Positions 63,090 through 64,000 of a DNA stretch of 64,000 bases are shown in pieces. Source of the stretch: an uncultured Gemmatimonadales bacterium. GTDB taxonomy: Bacteria > Gemmatimonadota > Gemmatimonadetes > Longimicrobiales > Gaopeijiaceae. The stretch covers positions 1,472,001 through 1,536,000 of the forward strand of contig CAWELD010000003.1 of assembly GCA_963809895.1 (NCBI GenBank), in the 5' to 3' direction. The translations under genes were made by a program, and so were the position numbers. Every line of letters begins with the position of its first letter. Within the stretch, counting starts at the first letter, position 1. The notes beneath the pieces were generated by a model. The model worked only from the letters and a program-made list of their open reading frames with translations. It was not told the origin of the DNA and searched no databases.

Positions 63090-64000
63090 GCGGCCTTTCT
63101 CCAAGCGCGCAGCAGGGCGCTGCGGGCGCGGGGATTGCGCTCCACCTCGGCGTCGTCGGCCCGCAACGGCCGGCGTGTGAGCGTCACCCCCAGCGCGCGC
63201 CCGCGGCACACGCACACCGGCAGCTCCGGCGGACACACGCAGTCGCGGCTCCACTCGCGGAACGAGTGCTTGACCAGGCGATCTTCCAGGGAGTGATAGG
63301 CGATCACCGCCATCACGGCCCCGGCGGTGAGCGCGTCGCGGAGCGCCGGCAGTGCCCGCTCCAGCGCCTCGAGCTCGCCGTTCACGGCGATGCGCAGCGC
63401 CTGGAAGATGCGCGCCTTGTCCTGCATGGTGACGGGCTTCTTGAGGACCCGGCTGACCGCGGCCATCAGGTCGTCGGAGGTGGCGAAGGGCGCGTCCTGG
63501 CGCCGGTGCACGACCTCCCGGGCCAGTGCCCGCCAACGCCGCTCCTCGCCGTAGTCGCGGAAGATCCCCGCCAACTCGTCTTCGGAGAGCCCGTTCAGGA
63601 GGTCGGCGGCGGTGGGACCCGCGGGCGTCATGCGCATGTCCAGCGGCGCGCCCTGGCGGAAGGTGAACCCCCGGCGGTCCTCGTCCACCTGATGCGAGCT
63701 GATGCCCAGGTCCAGGAGCGCGCCGTCCAGGCCCCGGTCCCGGACCTCGAGGTCGTCGGTGACCTCGTCGAAGCGCGCCTGCAGGAAGCGCACGCGCTGC
63801 TTCCACGGGGCCAGGACGCGCCGAGCCTCGTCGAGGGCCTCCGGGTCGCGATCCACCGCCAGGAGGCGGCAGCCGCCACAGTGCTCCAGGAGGAGACGAG
63901 CATGGCCGCCCCCGCCCACGGTGCCGTCGAGCCAAAGACCTTCGCCCCGGGGATCCAGCAGCTCCACGACGCGACGCGCCATGACCGGCTCGTGGTACGA
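63086..64000 (-). CDS. rsmH: 16S rRNA m4C1402 methyltransferase (start lies just beyond the window)
   Basis: YHEPVM, DGTVGGGGH, LDLGISS, PLDMRM, FQALRIAVN, YHSLEDR and NPRARSA motifs. Confidence 0.96.
   Translation of the reverse strand, partial: SYHEPVMARRVVELLDPRGEGLWLDGTVGGGGHARLLLEHCGGCRLLAVDRDPEALDEARRVLAPWKQRVRFLQARFDEVTDDLEVRDRGLDGALLDLGISSHQVDEDRRGFTFRQGAPLDMRMTPAGPTAADLLNGLSEDELAGIFRDYGEERRWRALAREVVHRRQDAPFATSDDLMAAVSRVLKKPVTMQDKARIFQALRIAVNGELEALERALPALRDALTAGAVMAVIAYHSLEDRLVKHSFREWSRDCVCPPELPVCVCRGRALGVTLTRRPLRADDAEVERNPRARSALLRAWRKAA

Overview
High-GC bacterial chromosomal window, mostly core genes. Gene content and order suggest Gemmatimonadota (inference only). In order: trpB(partial)-trpF-trpC and trpD, interrupted by an opposite-strand lexA plus a 56-aa ORF; truA-tal-htrA-purB-purC-pssA-purSQL-purF-add; an accessory block at ~15.8-27.7 kb (transmembrane SARP/STAND-type regulator, ComEC-like metallo-beta-lactamase lipoprotein, TonB-dependent transporter, and a ~1,245-aa sigma54-driven surface lipoprotein); fbp, comEC, lapA-like, miaB, mtaB, an OM barrel/lipoprotein pair, cdd, alr, mazG, a 2-hydroxyacid dehydrogenase, asnS, recG, ftsY, a vWA protein, an M23 peptidase, and the dcw cluster (rsmH to ftsZ, without murB/ddl). 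purB, purL, the TBDT, the surface protein and fbp carry small indels that look like long-read assembly errors. No rRNA, tRNA, CRISPR array or transposase was seen. Best leads: (1) a 78-codon out-of-frame ORF nested in murD with a perfect SD and a matching GC3 dip; (2) a candidate direct-repeat LexA box plus a lexA-coupled mini-protein with an SspB-like ClpX-docking tail; (3) a membrane-spanning SARP-STAND sensor near a TBDT promoter with SARP-box geometry; (4) a sigma54/UAS/IHF-type promoter for an S-layer-like lipoprotein.
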